IMG/VR virus record: IMGVR_UViG_3300020049_010034
Coordinates: 32,914-96,913 of that record
Strand: one strand, 5' to 3'
From: a virus
Lineage: Duplodnaviria > Caudoviricetes
DNA: 64,000 nt
This document shows positions 20,159 to 30,316 of the stretch, one piece after another. Within the stretch, counting starts at the first letter, position 1. Each line of letters starts with the position of its first letter. Position numbers and translations under genes: made by a program. The notes under the pieces were generated by a model. That model was not told the origin of the DNA and did not search any database. It saw nothing but the letters and a program-made list of their open reading frames with translations.

Positions 20159-20187
20159 AGAATAAACCCAAAAGAAAAGAAAGGCAA
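20159..20187 (-). promoter_or_regulatory. sigma70-like promoter overlapped by an inverted repeat
   Basis: Minus strand TTGCCT-17 nt-TATTCT. Confidence 0.55.
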
Positions 20188-20206
20188 GAACTTTTTTAAA
20201 TAAAAC

Positions 20207-20443
20207 TTAAGAAATATCAATCCCCTGTGATTGCAATGCCTTAGTTAGCTGCTGTACGCGAGCTTCTTTGCCGATCACTAGATAATCAAGCTCTAATTCG
20301 TTAGATGGCATGGCGATATGCCAGCCAAGATCCGAAATGGCTTTAGCCAAAGCGTCTACAGCCTGTAGTTCTTTGGTGATATCTTCCATTTTAACCGTGA
20401 TTTCATTGATTAATGACTCGTTTGTAGGGTTATCGTTATTCAT
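20207..20443 (-). CDS. hypothetical protein
   Basis: GAAAGG SD. Confidence 0.65.
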   Translation of the reverse strand: MNNDNPTNESLINEITVKMEDITKELQAVDALAKAISDLGWHIAMPSNELELDYLVIGKEARVQQLTKALQSQGIDIS

Positions 20444-20453
20444 GGGAGCCTTT

Positions 20454-20642
20454 CTACATTGACCTTGCGGTCAGGATTATGGTGGTTACACCGTTATTTT
20501 GTTTTTGGGTGATTCTAGGGTATCGGTAGCCAGTCTTAAGCAAAACCGCGATCTGGTTTGTAGCCTGAAGCTCTGCTTTTTCTCGGTTCCGATCTTTAAT
20601 CGTAACCGTGATTTGATCTGGATGTGACTCAACGGACATCAT
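20454..20642 (-). CDS. hypothetical protein
   Basis: Overlaps the upstream stop. Confidence 0.55.
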   Translation of the reverse strand: MMSVESHPDQITVTIKDRNREKAELQATNQIAVLLKTGYRYPRITQKQNNGVTTIILTARSM

Positions 20643-20824
20643 TTCTTGGCCTTTCGTTTGGGTTTAAGCTTAATGACGTTGCCTTTGGGCTCAATCTCTG
20701 GTTCTTTCTTCTCGGGACGGTCAGATCCATCGCCCGTATAGAACCCAGCATTCATAGCTAAAAACATCCCGATAATTAACGGGATAATAATAATCATGCT
20801 TAGTGGTAAAACTAAATCTTCCAT
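20639..20824 (-). CDS. small single-TM membrane protein
   Basis: Hydrophobic N-terminus, basic C-terminus. Confidence 0.6.
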   Translation of the reverse strand: MEDLVLPLSMIIIIPLIIGMFLAMNAGFYTGDGSDRPEKKEPEIEPKGNVIKLKPKRKAKK

Positions 20825-20825
20825 A

Positions 20826-21242
20826 TTACTTTCCTTTCGGTTTTTTAGCTACAGCTAACGAGCGGATATACTTCGCAATTGCGGTTTCGCAACGGTATAA
20901 GTTATAATAGCTTTTCTTTTTGAAAAAGTAACGAGTCTCGGTGTGTTCTGGGATAGTTGTCCAGATATCACCGCCAGCACTGCGCAAGATCTCTTTCTCA
21001 GGCACGGTGGTATTTTTCGCTTCGCATTTAAGCTGCTTTGCGTAGAAATCACAGAACCGAAGGATTTTACGAGCTTTCTCGAAGTCTTCCCCATAGCTCA
21101 TAGAGCTTTTCGAATCCCCGTCGACCAAAATATCAACATAGTGGTTCTGACTAATCAAAGGTAGGTTCTGCTGGCCTAATTTACAAGTTACTTCCGCATT
21201 GGCGGTCGTTAAAGTTAGCAATAACAAAAATAAAGCTTTCAT
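20826..21242 (-). CDS. secreted/periplasmic protein
   Basis: Signal peptide MKALFLLLLTLTTANA-E; four Cys; GGAGGAG SD. Confidence 0.7.
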   Translation of the reverse strand: MKALFLLLLTLTTANAEVTCKLGQQNLPLISQNHYVDILVDGDSKSSMSYGEDFEKARKILRFCDFYAKQLKCEAKNTTVPEKEILRSAGGDIWTTIPEHTETRYFFKKKSYYNLYRCETAIAKYIRSLAVAKKPKGK

Positions 21243-21243
21243 C

Positions 21244-22173
21244 TTACTCCTCCTGCTTTTTCAAATAAAGTTTTCCGCGTTTTGCCCAAGTATTTGACTC
21301 GGACAGCTTAGATGCAGAATACTGAAAGTTATCGTAATTATGGTTCTTGCTTTGAACGTAAGGGTGCATTCCCTTTAACATCTTTTTCCAAAACTTGAAA
21401 GACGCTTTGGACATATCTTCGTAATCATCCGCTTGAAGGTAGATGCCGTAAGGGTACTGGGTTCCAGTTTTTTTAGTAGCCTTCTTGTGAATAGCTAAGC
21501 CAAACTGAGTCCAAGGGGAAAGTTCTTCGCGAACGCTTCCCTTAAACTGGCTGATATCCACGTTGATTGTTCTAAAATCAGCTTTATCGCCTTCGATACC
21601 ATCATCCGAACGCTCGTATTTAAACTCGTTCTTTTCAACCGCATGAAGCGATCTCAAATCTACTCCGTAATATTCTTTAAGAGCTTCGCTCAAAGATGCA
21701 CCCTTTGGGGTAAAGGTCATGACATCTTCTTTGCCGCTTTCGTAGCGAACCGATAAAGTTGTGTTTAACTGGTTCGCAATGGCTGAAAGGATATCGGAAC
21801 TTTCAGTCAAATTAAGATCCCCTGACCATACCAAAATACCGCGTGAAAAAATCCGAGCGTTAAATACGACTAAATCATTAGGGTGTTCCCAACGATACAA
21901 GCCTTTTGATCCGAAGATAGGGCGAGATCCTAGCATCGAAGAGATAGCCGCGTTTTTAGCCTGCTTCCAAGTAATCATGCCGTATGTCGATAAAGCCAGT
22001 CGCTTTAGAAAACGGTAAGCTTTCTCTAGCTCGTATGCGATAGCGTTTAAGACTGGAGAGGCTGCCTGCCAGCCTTTTCCAATCAATTCGGCAGCTTTTT
22101 TAAAACCGCTTTTAATTCGGCGTACAACTTCGTACACCTTCTGTTCAATTTGCTCTAACTTATTCATTTTCAC
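21244..22173 (-). CDS. hypothetical protein
   Basis: 309 aa ORF, AGGAG SD. Confidence 0.75.
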   Translation of the reverse strand: MKMNKLEQIEQKVYEVVRRIKSGFKKAAELIGKGWQAASPVLNAIAYELEKAYRFLKRLALSTYGMITWKQAKNAAISSMLGSRPIFGSKGLYRWEHPNDLVVFNARIFSRGILVWSGDLNLTESSDILSAIANQLNTTLSVRYESGKEDVMTFTPKGASLSEALKEYYGVDLRSLHAVEKNEFKYERSDDGIEGDKADFRTINVDISQFKGSVREELSPWTQFGLAIHKKATKKTGTQYPYGIYLQADDYEDMSKASFKFWKKMLKGMHPYVQSKNHNYDNFQYSASKLSESNTWAKRGKLYLKKQEE

Positions 22174-22465
22174 TTTCTCCTTTTGTTTCTGTCGTTTCCG
22201 CAGATTCGACTGTAATACCTTCTTTTGTCATTTGAAATTTACGGCCAAGGTAAATAAAGGCCGAAACTCCATAAAACCATAAAACATCGCTATAGTCAAC
22301 TTCTAAATGCTTGGTAGCTTTCCCAGCTAAGCATACAATAGCCACATTAAACGATACCCAATACATTGTCAAGGTATAAGATCCTTGGCCGTTTGCTCTA
22401 AGTAGGGGTAAGGGGATACCTCTGTCATTGAGATCTAAAGCCCACTGTTTTAATTTTTCAATCAT
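22160..22465 (-). CDS. two-TM membrane protein (holin-like topology)
   Basis: Two hydrophobic segments and a charged C-terminal tail. Confidence 0.55.
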   Translation of the reverse strand: MIEKLKQWALDLNDRGIPLPLLRANGQGSYTLTMYWVSFNVAIVCLAGKATKHLEVDYSDVLWFYGVSAFIYLGRKFQMTKEGITVESAETTETKGESENE

Positions 22466-22905
22466 TTTCCTGTACTCCCAAACCCGCCAGCTCCGCGATC
22501 GGTTTTCTTTAGCTCTTGCACTTCCATAATTTCAGGCGTAACTACTGGTACGAACACCATCTGGGCTACTCGGTCACCTGCTGTATAGATATTAGGTTTT
22601 AACTGCTCGTTGCCAACAATCTTAAAACGAACCATAATTTCCCCCGTGTAACCCTGATCGATTAAACCAATCGAGTTGCATAGAATCAGATGCTTTTTCG
22701 AAATGCTAGAGCGAGGAAAAACCATTCCTGCGACGTTCGGCGGAAGCTGCACGGCCAACCCAGTTCGATATTCGATAAATTGAACTCCGTCCTCGGTGTA
22801 GGTTAAACCTTCGTCAACCGTAGTAAGATCCGCGCCGAAATCACCAATGTTTGCAAATTTTGGCATTACCGCTTTTTCATGTAGCTTCTTAAACCCAATA
22901 ATCAT
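22462..22905 (-). CDS. dut: dUTP diphosphatase (trimeric dUTPase)
   Basis: GADL, PRSS, GLIDQGYTGEI, GDRVAQ, RGAGGFGSTG motifs I-V. Confidence 0.97.
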   Translation of the reverse strand: MIIGFKKLHEKAVMPKFANIGDFGADLTTVDEGLTYTEDGVQFIEYRTGLAVQLPPNVAGMVFPRSSISKKHLILCNSIGLIDQGYTGEIMVRFKIVGNEQLKPNIYTAGDRVAQMVFVPVVTPEIMEVQELKKTDRGAGGFGSTGK

Positions 22906-23189
22906 AATTCATCCTTTGCCTGTTCAAGCTTTTTAACAGCCGATTCTATCAAAACTTTTTGACTAAGTAATCGTATCATTGTTTTTTCAATATCTTCCTT
23001 TTTTGCTAATTTTAATTCCCTTGGGTGCAAATAAAGCTCCACTGGATTGGCGGAATCATCCCAAACAACCACATGAACCTTTGAATGGCCGAATAAAGTT
23101 TCCGAAAAACCCTTAACCAAAGCGACACCGTACTCTTTGTAGATGGGGTTTTGTATAACAACGGGCGTTCCTAAATCAACTAAATTCAT
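22902..23189 (-). CDS. hypothetical protein
   Basis: AAGGA SD, coupled to dut. Confidence 0.65.
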   Translation of the reverse strand: MNLVDLGTPVVIQNPIYKEYGVALVKGFSETLFGHSKVHVVVWDDSANPVELYLHPRELKLAKKEDIEKTMIRLLSQKVLIESAVKKLEQAKDEL

Positions 23190-23327
23190 ATAAGTCCTTG
23201 AAACTATTTGGTTTTAACCAATTCGCACCTTTTAAAAGTGTTTCGGTCTTACTTTAAGGGTATCACGATTAGTTTTAAAAACAAGGCAATCTTTGAGAAA
23301 GACGATACTATATAGTAAGGAAGATCA

Positions 23328-25316
23328 ATGGATAATAGCGATATAAATATTAAGATTGGGATAGAGGATTCGAACGTCGATCAGGTGATTCAGAAAATCC
23401 GACAAAAACTATCCAATACTTCCTTTTCAATCAAGGTGGATCCAAGCGTTGGTAACGCTGCTCAGGCAGGCGGTAAGGGTGGTGCTGCGGGCGGTAACGC
23501 TTCAAATTTTGTAACGCAAGTTCGGGAAATGAACGTAAAAGCTACTACCGTTAATATCTGGGCGCAAAATGTAAACCAGAATACAGGCGGTGGTGGTAGC
23601 CCTCCAGTGCCAACAGGTTTGGGTGGCGCTCCTTCTGGCGGTCAAGGCGGTGGTGGCGCGGCTCCAGCAGGTGGAGGCGGATTCCGTGGATTACCTCTGA
23701 CTTCAATGCTTGCTACGGGCTTAGGTCTAGCGGCAGGGGCGACAACTCTATTCGGTCAGGCTGAACAACGAGAACTTGCCAAGCGCGTAACTGCGGAAAC
23801 CAGCAAAGAATTTTTTAGATTACAAAACCTTCGTGGTGATTTTACAAACCTTGCTTTTGAAAGAGAAAAAGAGGAAGGAAAAGAAAAAGCACAGGGTAAA
23901 GGTACGATGGCTACATCGGATATCTTGTCCGCGCTTTCGATTCCTTTGGCTTTACTTGGCGGCCCTGTGGGTGCTGGCTTAGGTTTAGGCGTTAGAGCCC
24001 TCGGGGTTGGGGCTGGAATTATGGGTGGGGTAAATGCTGCTCCAGCAATCCGTGATTTCGTCACAGGCCAATACAGCGAAGGCTTGGACGCAAGATATCA
24101 GTCAAATCTTCTAACGACACAGCAAAATGCCATGATGCAGGATCCTGTCAAGAGAGCTGTTATCGAGAGCTTAATGCGTAGTCGTGCCTCTACCACGGGC
24201 GTTTACGAATCTGCTCGTTTCGGATCCTTGCTTGGTAAAAGCGATTTTGAAAAATCTGGTGGGGTTCAAGCCACAGGAATGCTGCTTGGACAGATGGGGG
24301 CTGGAGACGCTCAAAGAACGGCTATCAAAAATCTGGCAGAAGGCGTTAAGCAGGGTATGGATCAAACCCAGAACGCCAAAGAGTTTCGGCAATTCGTACA
24401 GTTGCTAACTCAAGCGCAAGTTACATCGAAGCTTACTGGAGAGGCTCAAGGTGGAGCTACTCAATTTAACGAATTATTTTCGAGAACTTTTTCCGACACG
24501 AAAACCACTCGCGGCCTAGAGTCTGGAATGGAGGCTCGTGGTATATTTAATCAAATGGCTGGAGAGACAGCGTATCAAGCGGCAACTTTCGCAGCTTTTA
24601 ATTCATCCAGCCTTGGTCGAAATTTTAATAAGCAAATCAAAGATCCTACCAAACGACTTAAACTTTTAAACAACATGATGCTTTCCCGTGAAGAAGGCGA
24701 ACTTACAGCAACCAACCCTGCCGTTATGGAAGCCGCTCGCATGATGGGGGTTGACCCTACTTCAATCGTCCGCGATTTCGAGGAGTCTTTTATAAAGGGG
24801 TCTTCAGCTTTTAGTGTTGGCGGTTCTAATGTCCAAGATCTTGGTAAGTTTCGAGAGTCCATGGCTGGCGACAAAAAATTTCGCGAGTTTCTTGGGTCGT
24901 CTTCAATAGAGGGTATCGAATCAGGTATAAAAACTGACATAGCCATGGACGTATCTATGAAACGAGGAATAGGAGTTAAAGATTCCGCGCTCGTCAACTC
25001 ACTTACTGCCATGACCGATCCTTATACTAGGTCATCATCCAAAGCTTCTAGAGATGAGCAGCAGATAATTGAAATGATGAAAGGTCGCCAATTTACGGAC
25101 AAGATGGATACCGCTAAGAACTCGGTTCCAGAAAAACAGCGAGAGGACGAGCAAGGTACTGGCAAACAAGGGTTCGAAGCGACCGAAGAGGCGGCTTCTA
25201 GGTTCGCAAAAGCTCTAGACCTTCTTTCATCAAAAATAGAAGCGATGACTGGAGAGACCTATAATCGAATTCAATCTGAAGACCGCCAGTCCGCTAGGTT
25301 GGGAGCACCTAAATAA
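23328..25316 (+). CDS. putative tail tape measure protein
   Basis: Helical and Gly/Ala-rich with hydrophobic GLG segments, directly upstream of the hub and spike genes. Confidence 0.6.
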   Translation: MDNSDINIKIGIEDSNVDQVIQKIRQKLSNTSFSIKVDPSVGNAAQAGGKGGAAGGNASNFVTQVREMNVKATTVNIWAQNVNQNTGGGGSPPVPTGLGGAPSGGQGGGGAAPAGGGGFRGLPLTSMLATGLGLAAGATTLFGQAEQRELAKRVTAETSKEFFRLQNLRGDFTNLAFEREKEEGKEKAQGKGTMATSDILSALSIPLALLGGPVGAGLGLGVRALGVGAGIMGGVNAAPAIRDFVTGQYSEGLDARYQSNLLTTQQNAMMQDPVKRAVIESLMRSRASTTGVYESARFGSLLGKSDFEKSGGVQATGMLLGQMGAGDAQRTAIKNLAEGVKQGMDQTQNAKEFRQFVQLLTQAQVTSKLTGEAQGGATQFNELFSRTFSDTKTTRGLESGMEARGIFNQMAGETAYQAATFAAFNSSSLGRNFNKQIKDPTKRLKLLNNMMLSREEGELTATNPAVMEAARMMGVDPTSIVRDFEESFIKGSSAFSVGGSNVQDLGKFRESMAGDKKFREFLGSSSIEGIESGIKTDIAMDVSMKRGIGVKDSALVNSLTAMTDPYTRSSSKASRDEQQIIEMMKGRQFTDKMDTAKNSVPEKQREDEQGTGKQGFEATEEAASRFAKALDLLSSKIEAMTGETYNRIQSEDRQSARLGAPK

Positions 25317-27241
25317 TGGCTCTAACAAACAACAAACTCGGCAACGCAATCGAAATCAAACCCAACAGTGGAGATAGTCACCAAACCTCTCCTGCTTGGA
25401 TGCTGACAGTCTTATCTTTTCAAAACCCAGCCACAAACGAGCCTTTAGCGAGAGAAGTTGAGACCGCTCCCGTGGGGATCAAAAACGAAAAGCCAAGTTG
25501 GCCTAGTCAAAGTCTCACTAACGCTACTGAAACGAAAGATCCTTTAATCATTACCTCGGACTGTATATCTCTTTCGGTCGAGGGAGATAAAGGAAACCCT
25601 TTAGGCAGCTTTTCAGCCACTCTGGTTGGCGGTCGCTACAATTATATGGCTCGTATCAATAATGGCGATTACGTTATCGTAAATATCAAAGATTACGAAG
25701 ACGGTATTTTCAATCAAACCGATAATGACAGCCTGTACAACAGAGCTTCGAACGGACAGGCTATCAATCGAGCTGGGGATGGTTTTAAAGGAGTTTATAA
25801 AATCACAAGTGTTCGGGAGCAAGTGTCAAGCCTTCCAAATGGCGGCCAAAGAGTTATCTATCAGGTTCGGGGGCAAAGCTTCACGGAATTCAATAACGTG
25901 ATATATTTTAATCCCTATATCGCAAACAGTTTAAAAGTGGCCAGCACTCTTTTTTATATGTTTAACATATCCGAAACTTGGCAAAACAAAGTCGGAATCG
26001 CCCTAGATCTACAATCAATAGTATCCCAACTACTTGAGGTTATTTTAGGCAAAGGGCCTAGACTAAAAAACGCTCTCGAAGAACTAAAAAAAGCCAACAA
26101 AGGGGTCGCTAAAGAGGCTATACCAAGTCTGGCCGCCTCTCCAAACGGACAGTTTAAGATTCCGAAAGGGCTAGGCGCATTGCTTAACTTTCCAAGTGTT
26201 ACTAATTTTAACGAGCTGTATCGAATGATGCTTGGAATTCAAACGTACAGAACGCGAAATCTAAAGGCTGATGGTAAAATTGATCAGGGTAGTTATCAGC
26301 CAGAAAATTTGCAGCCTTCTGAAAACAACTACTACCAAACCGATAATCCAATTACTGGACGGACTACAATCAGGCCAGAGTATTGGAATCAATCTACTGG
26401 CTGGTCGATCTTAACTTCCTACGCAAACCCCCCTGTAAATGAAATGTTTACGACCTTTAGGCTCTCTCCAGAAGGTCACGTCATGCCGTTCTTCGTGTTT
26501 AGGCAGATACCGTTCAGTTCAAATGGTTTCGTTAAACGTAACGGTCGCGGAACCAGATTTCTATCGTTACCACGCTGGAAAGTTGACCCTTCGATGGTGT
26601 ATGACGCAAGCTTTGGGCGCGAAGACAACGCTCGTTTTAATTTTGTTCAAGTGTTTGGACTGCCCTTCGGCTGGGTTCCAAAATCACAACAATTAAACGT
26701 AGCCTATCAGACTGCTAATAACTCCAACTTAGCTTCCGATCCAGCAGATATTGCTCGTTCTGGACTTAGACCTTATGTATTGCATAACTCTCTAGATTTC
26801 CCAAACGAGAACGCTCAAGGCGGCTCTATCTTTAAAACGCCATACTGGGCTAAACTTTTAGGAGACGCTTTGATCGGCGGCCACATGAAGTTAAATGGAA
26901 TGATTGCCTGTGCTGGTTTGGAAGAGGATATTGCGGTTGGCGACAATTTAGAGTACAACGGTATTGTATTCCATATCGAAGGAATCCGTCACGAATGTAA
27001 AGTGGAGGCTAATGGTGGTAAAAGTTTTACAACCGTGCTAAAGCTTACTCATGGAGTGGACGCTACCGAAAACAACAATTTCACCGTTTACGGCCAGACT
27101 ATAAATAATCTGTATTCGGAAGAATCGAACGTAGACCCTTCTCTTCCAAAAATAACCTCTGAGGGAGATGTGTCCGAACTTCAACGAAGCTTAGATTCAA
27201 AGTCAGTTGAAGCGTTTAATATCAGTCGGGGTAGCGCATAA
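25316..27241 (+). CDS. baseplate hub protein (gp27/gpD-like)
   Basis: ISLSV..KG...GSFSATL N-terminal; C-terminal G...IAVGDNL...FHIEGIRH...FTTVLKLTHG. Confidence 0.75.
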   Translation: MALTNNKLGNAIEIKPNSGDSHQTSPAWMLTVLSFQNPATNEPLAREVETAPVGIKNEKPSWPSQSLTNATETKDPLIITSDCISLSVEGDKGNPLGSFSATLVGGRYNYMARINNGDYVIVNIKDYEDGIFNQTDNDSLYNRASNGQAINRAGDGFKGVYKITSVREQVSSLPNGGQRVIYQVRGQSFTEFNNVIYFNPYIANSLKVASTLFYMFNISETWQNKVGIALDLQSIVSQLLEVILGKGPRLKNALEELKKANKGVAKEAIPSLAASPNGQFKIPKGLGALLNFPSVTNFNELYRMMLGIQTYRTRNLKADGKIDQGSYQPENLQPSENNYYQTDNPITGRTTIRPEYWNQSTGWSILTSYANPPVNEMFTTFRLSPEGHVMPFFVFRQIPFSSNGFVKRNGRGTRFLSLPRWKVDPSMVYDASFGREDNARFNFVQVFGLPFGWVPKSQQLNVAYQTANNSNLASDPADIARSGLRPYVLHNSLDFPNENAQGGSIFKTPYWAKLLGDALIGGHMKLNGMIACAGLEEDIAVGDNLEYNGIVFHIEGIRHECKVEANGGKSFTTVLKLTHGVDATENNNFTVYGQTINNLYSEESNVDPSLPKITSEGDVSELQRSLDSKSVEAFNISRGSA

Positions 27242-28266
27242 TGATTATCAATAGCTCCCTTTATAAAATCGATACTCAGTCTTCTCAAACCGCTTTCAAT
27301 AAAACGTATGAGAACTATGCCTTGCGTGTCGGGATTATCACCAAATCTATCCCTCCCACAAGCGAGAGATCTATTTCAAAACTATATCAAGAATACGATG
27401 TTCTCGTATACGAACAAAATGGAAATACTGGCGGTGCGCCATCCGTTTACCGTAACTGCACTGGGGCTCAGAGCTTTGGATCAATCGCCGACTATCTTGA
27501 GTATACATACCGACCTCAGACCAAAGCTTTTGATGGCGGAAACAAGATCGACGCTTTGAATCAAGATGGAGCTTTGGTTCTAATGCTGTGTGTGAATGGA
27601 CAAGGCGATCGCGGTATCATTATCGCAGCTTTAAATCATCCAAACCGAGATCCCAAAGTAACCGACGAGATTGGTTTAGCTTTCGAATACAACGGGCTTG
27701 CTGCCGCAATTGACGCCGCTGGCGCATTTAAAATTACGTTCAAAGGCGCTACGGATTCGATGGGCTTGCCGATTGACAAAGAGCTTGGAGAGACCACCTT
27801 ATCAGTTGAAAAAGATGGCTCCGTTCAGTTTCAGCATAAAGGAATTACCTTTAGGCTCGATAAAACTGGGAAAGTTGTACTGGCCGCTGAGGGGCAAGTG
27901 GAGATCACTGGCTCAAAAGGGGCTACGATTAATTTTAAAGAAAGCGTTTCGCTTAAAACCGAGGGAAATCTTTCTTTGGATATCAAAGACTTGCTTGCAA
28001 AAGCCAGCGGATCTGCTACTCTTGAATTTCAGTCCCTGTCTATGAAAGGTCAGCAGGTTGAGTTAAAAGCTAATACGATAGACGTAAGAGGACAGCTTGT
28101 TAATATCAAGGGGTCTCAGATCACAACTGATGGACTTAATTTTTTAGGTGGTGTGGGTGGTTTTCCAGTATTGGTCGCGACAACAGTTATGATTGGAACT
28201 TGTGCGGTAGGGCCTGTGGTATCGTTTGCGGTCGGCCCTTACGCGACAAAAGTCTTTGCGAGGTGA
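27241..28266 (+). CDS. baseplate central spike / gpV-like protein
   Basis: OB-fold-like N-terminus (GALVLMLCVNGQGDRGIII) followed by short beta-helix repeats. Confidence 0.75.
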   Translation: MIINSSLYKIDTQSSQTAFNKTYENYALRVGIITKSIPPTSERSISKLYQEYDVLVYEQNGNTGGAPSVYRNCTGAQSFGSIADYLEYTYRPQTKAFDGGNKIDALNQDGALVLMLCVNGQGDRGIIIAALNHPNRDPKVTDEIGLAFEYNGLAAAIDAAGAFKITFKGATDSMGLPIDKELGETTLSVEKDGSVQFQHKGITFRLDKTGKVVLAAEGQVEITGSKGATINFKESVSLKTEGNLSLDIKDLLAKASGSATLEFQSLSMKGQQVELKANTIDVRGQLVNIKGSQITTDGLNFLGGVGGFPVLVATTVMIGTCAVGPVVSFAVGPYATKVFAR

Positions 28267-28268
28267 TT

Positions 28269-28487
28269 ATGCAAAAAGAAAAGAAAGCTTTTTACGTCTG
28301 CTCTGGTGGCATCATGTCGATTGTTAATGGTACTTACATTGTTGACGAAACAACAGCTAAGAGCCTGTATCAGCAAGCTATGCAGGCTGGCGCTGAAGTT
28401 TATCGAACGCCAAAGAATCTGCTTGAAATGTCAGACGCCATGGATTTCATGCACCATACACAAATCCTTCCCTATCAGGTACATTAA
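28269..28487 (+). CDS. hypothetical protein
   Basis: GAGGTG SD; fills the gap between structural genes. Confidence 0.55.
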   Translation: MQKEKKAFYVCSGGIMSIVNGTYIVDETTAKSLYQQAMQAGAEVYRTPKNLLEMSDAMDFMHHTQILPYQVH

Positions 28488-29915
28488 ATGCCATTAAACC
28501 CAACCGATCGCCGTATTATTTCAAAAACAATCGTTGAAGCCGAGCTTCGCAAAGCCGAGATTGATTTGGCGATTACGTCTCTTCAAGCGGCGCTAGTGGA
28601 TGCTCAGGCAAAAGACGACGCCAACAAAAACATTATTGACAACAATAACTTGCAAGGGTTGCTCGCCGAGTACGGATTGCTGTCGGGCAACTTGAAAGTT
28701 TCGCTTACACCTTCAGAGTTAGAGGATGCCATACAAGCTTCTGCCAGCCTATCCCAATCAACTGGATCGAATACCTCTGGAAATTTATTTTACCCAAACA
28801 ATCCACTGGTTAGTCCTCCGTCCGTGTGGACTAAGTTAGTCCCTTACGCTGCCGTTTTAAGTGGGAATCAATTCTCTGGATCCGCTGTCACTCCCGTGAC
28901 TGGCGAGATATCTCAATTAAATACATTGATATCAACTATTACGAGTTTGATCACCGACTATTTTCCAGTGGAGCGAGGAACTGGCGAGCGAGCAAGCGAG
29001 GGCGGAACCTGTTCTTTGATATCAAACCCTCCGATCTTGGGGTCTGGGATTCCTGTCGTTGGGGCTATCACAAACGCTACCTGTACTGCTGGCGGTGGTG
29101 TTTGGAGTGCTGGCTCTGACAGCGTATTCGCAGCTCCTGATATCGTTGCCCGTGAGACGATCATAACTAACGCCATTACGGCTTTAGATACCTACCTGAA
29201 TAACTATGCTGCACTAGATTACACGAACGCGCCTGAGCCTCCTACGGCTGCTAGTAACGTCGCTGCCGCCGCATCAGTCACCACTTTGAAAAACGCCATT
29301 GCGACTTGGCTTGCAGCACCTGTGCCAACACCAAGTTTGGCCGTGACAGCTGCGGCCTTTTATGCTTTGAACCCAAACAACCGTTTTACTGGTGACCTAT
29401 TCACTGGAACTCTTGGGACTTTGCTGGTAGCTTTACAGACAAGACTTGCGCTCATATCCCCAAGAGCGACCCAGCTTCTAAACGCTTTAGGAACCTTGAC
29501 GCAAAACTTAAGCACTGGGGCTGTCTCAGGGTCTGGCTATCTGCTCAGTCGATATCTTTACGTCAACCTTCGGGTCGGCTTAATGGGCGGATCGGTAATT
29601 GCTTTAAACGGAATTAATCGAGCTATCCAAGGTCAGAACGACTTAAAAGCTGCAATCGATTCTGAGAAATTAGTCTACCAAACCCTAATGGACTGCTCGG
29701 CATTGGTAGCTCCAGCAAACGGAACTCAATACCTAAGTGTCAGAGATGCCACGGGTTTTACCGCTGGCCAGACTGTAACCCTGATAGCCGATCAAATGCC
29801 AGAGGCTTTACTTACGATCGACCAGATCGTTGGTAATCGTATTCGGTTTACGACCGAAACTCCCAAATTCTACTTCACAGATCAGTTCGCAAGAATTTTT
29901 TTCGATAAAACATAG
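28488..29915 (+). CDS. virion structural protein (baseplate region)
   Basis: Ala/Thr-rich, follows the spike gene; C-terminal LSVRDATGFTAGQTV beta domain. Confidence 0.6.
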   Translation: MPLNPTDRRIISKTIVEAELRKAEIDLAITSLQAALVDAQAKDDANKNIIDNNNLQGLLAEYGLLSGNLKVSLTPSELEDAIQASASLSQSTGSNTSGNLFYPNNPLVSPPSVWTKLVPYAAVLSGNQFSGSAVTPVTGEISQLNTLISTITSLITDYFPVERGTGERASEGGTCSLISNPPILGSGIPVVGAITNATCTAGGGVWSAGSDSVFAAPDIVARETIITNAITALDTYLNNYAALDYTNAPEPPTAASNVAAAASVTTLKNAIATWLAAPVPTPSLAVTAAAFYALNPNNRFTGDLFTGTLGTLLVALQTRLALISPRATQLLNALGTLTQNLSTGAVSGSGYLLSRYLYVNLRVGLMGGSVIALNGINRAIQGQNDLKAAIDSEKLVYQTLMDCSALVAPANGTQYLSVRDATGFTAGQTVTLIADQMPEALLTIDQIVGNRIRFTTETPKFYFTDQFARIFFDKT

Positions 29916-29955
29916 ACTTCTCACATTTAATACGATAATCTAATCTTTAGAAGAG

Positions 29956-30216
29956 GTGCGTATGCCTGAACTCGAAAGACTGATCAACATCCGTGTAATG
30001 GCTCATTTCGATTATATGTATCCAAGAATTTCATCTGTCAAAAAACAGAAAGACTTTCTTCGTGCAGCACAAGATTACTGGGGTGGTAAAGAAACTCACG
30101 GTAGGCTTGGCGAAGGATATCTACTGTTTGAAGATATGGTGGATGAAGTTTATATGAAAACGATTCGTCGGTTTGGTGGCTTTGGCGGTGACATTCACTC
30201 GCTTTACGACACCTGA
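29956..30216 (+). CDS. hypothetical protein
   Basis: Start GTG 29956 or ATG 29962 (GAGG SD). Confidence 0.6.
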   Translation: MRMPELERLINIRVMAHFDYMYPRISSVKKQKDFLRAAQDYWGGKETHGRLGEGYLLFEDMVDEVYMKTIRRFGGFGGDIHSLYDT

Positions 30217-30223
30217 TCAAAGT

Positions 30224-30302
30224 GGCCTCGTAGCTCAGAGGTAGAGCGTTGCAAGCTAAGCTCTTGCAAAGGTCACTTGTTCGAATCAAGTCGAGGCTGC
30301 CA
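30224..30302 (+). tRNA. tRNA-like gene with extended (7 bp) anticodon stem, identity undetermined
   Basis: GGCCTCG/CGAGGCT acceptor, G73, encoded CCA; D arm GCTC-AGAGGTA-GAGC; T arm ACTTG-TTCGAAT-CAAGT; anticodon arm TTGCAAG-CTAAGCT-CTTGCAA. Confidence 0.8.
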
Positions 30303-30316
30303 ATTGAAAGGAAAAG

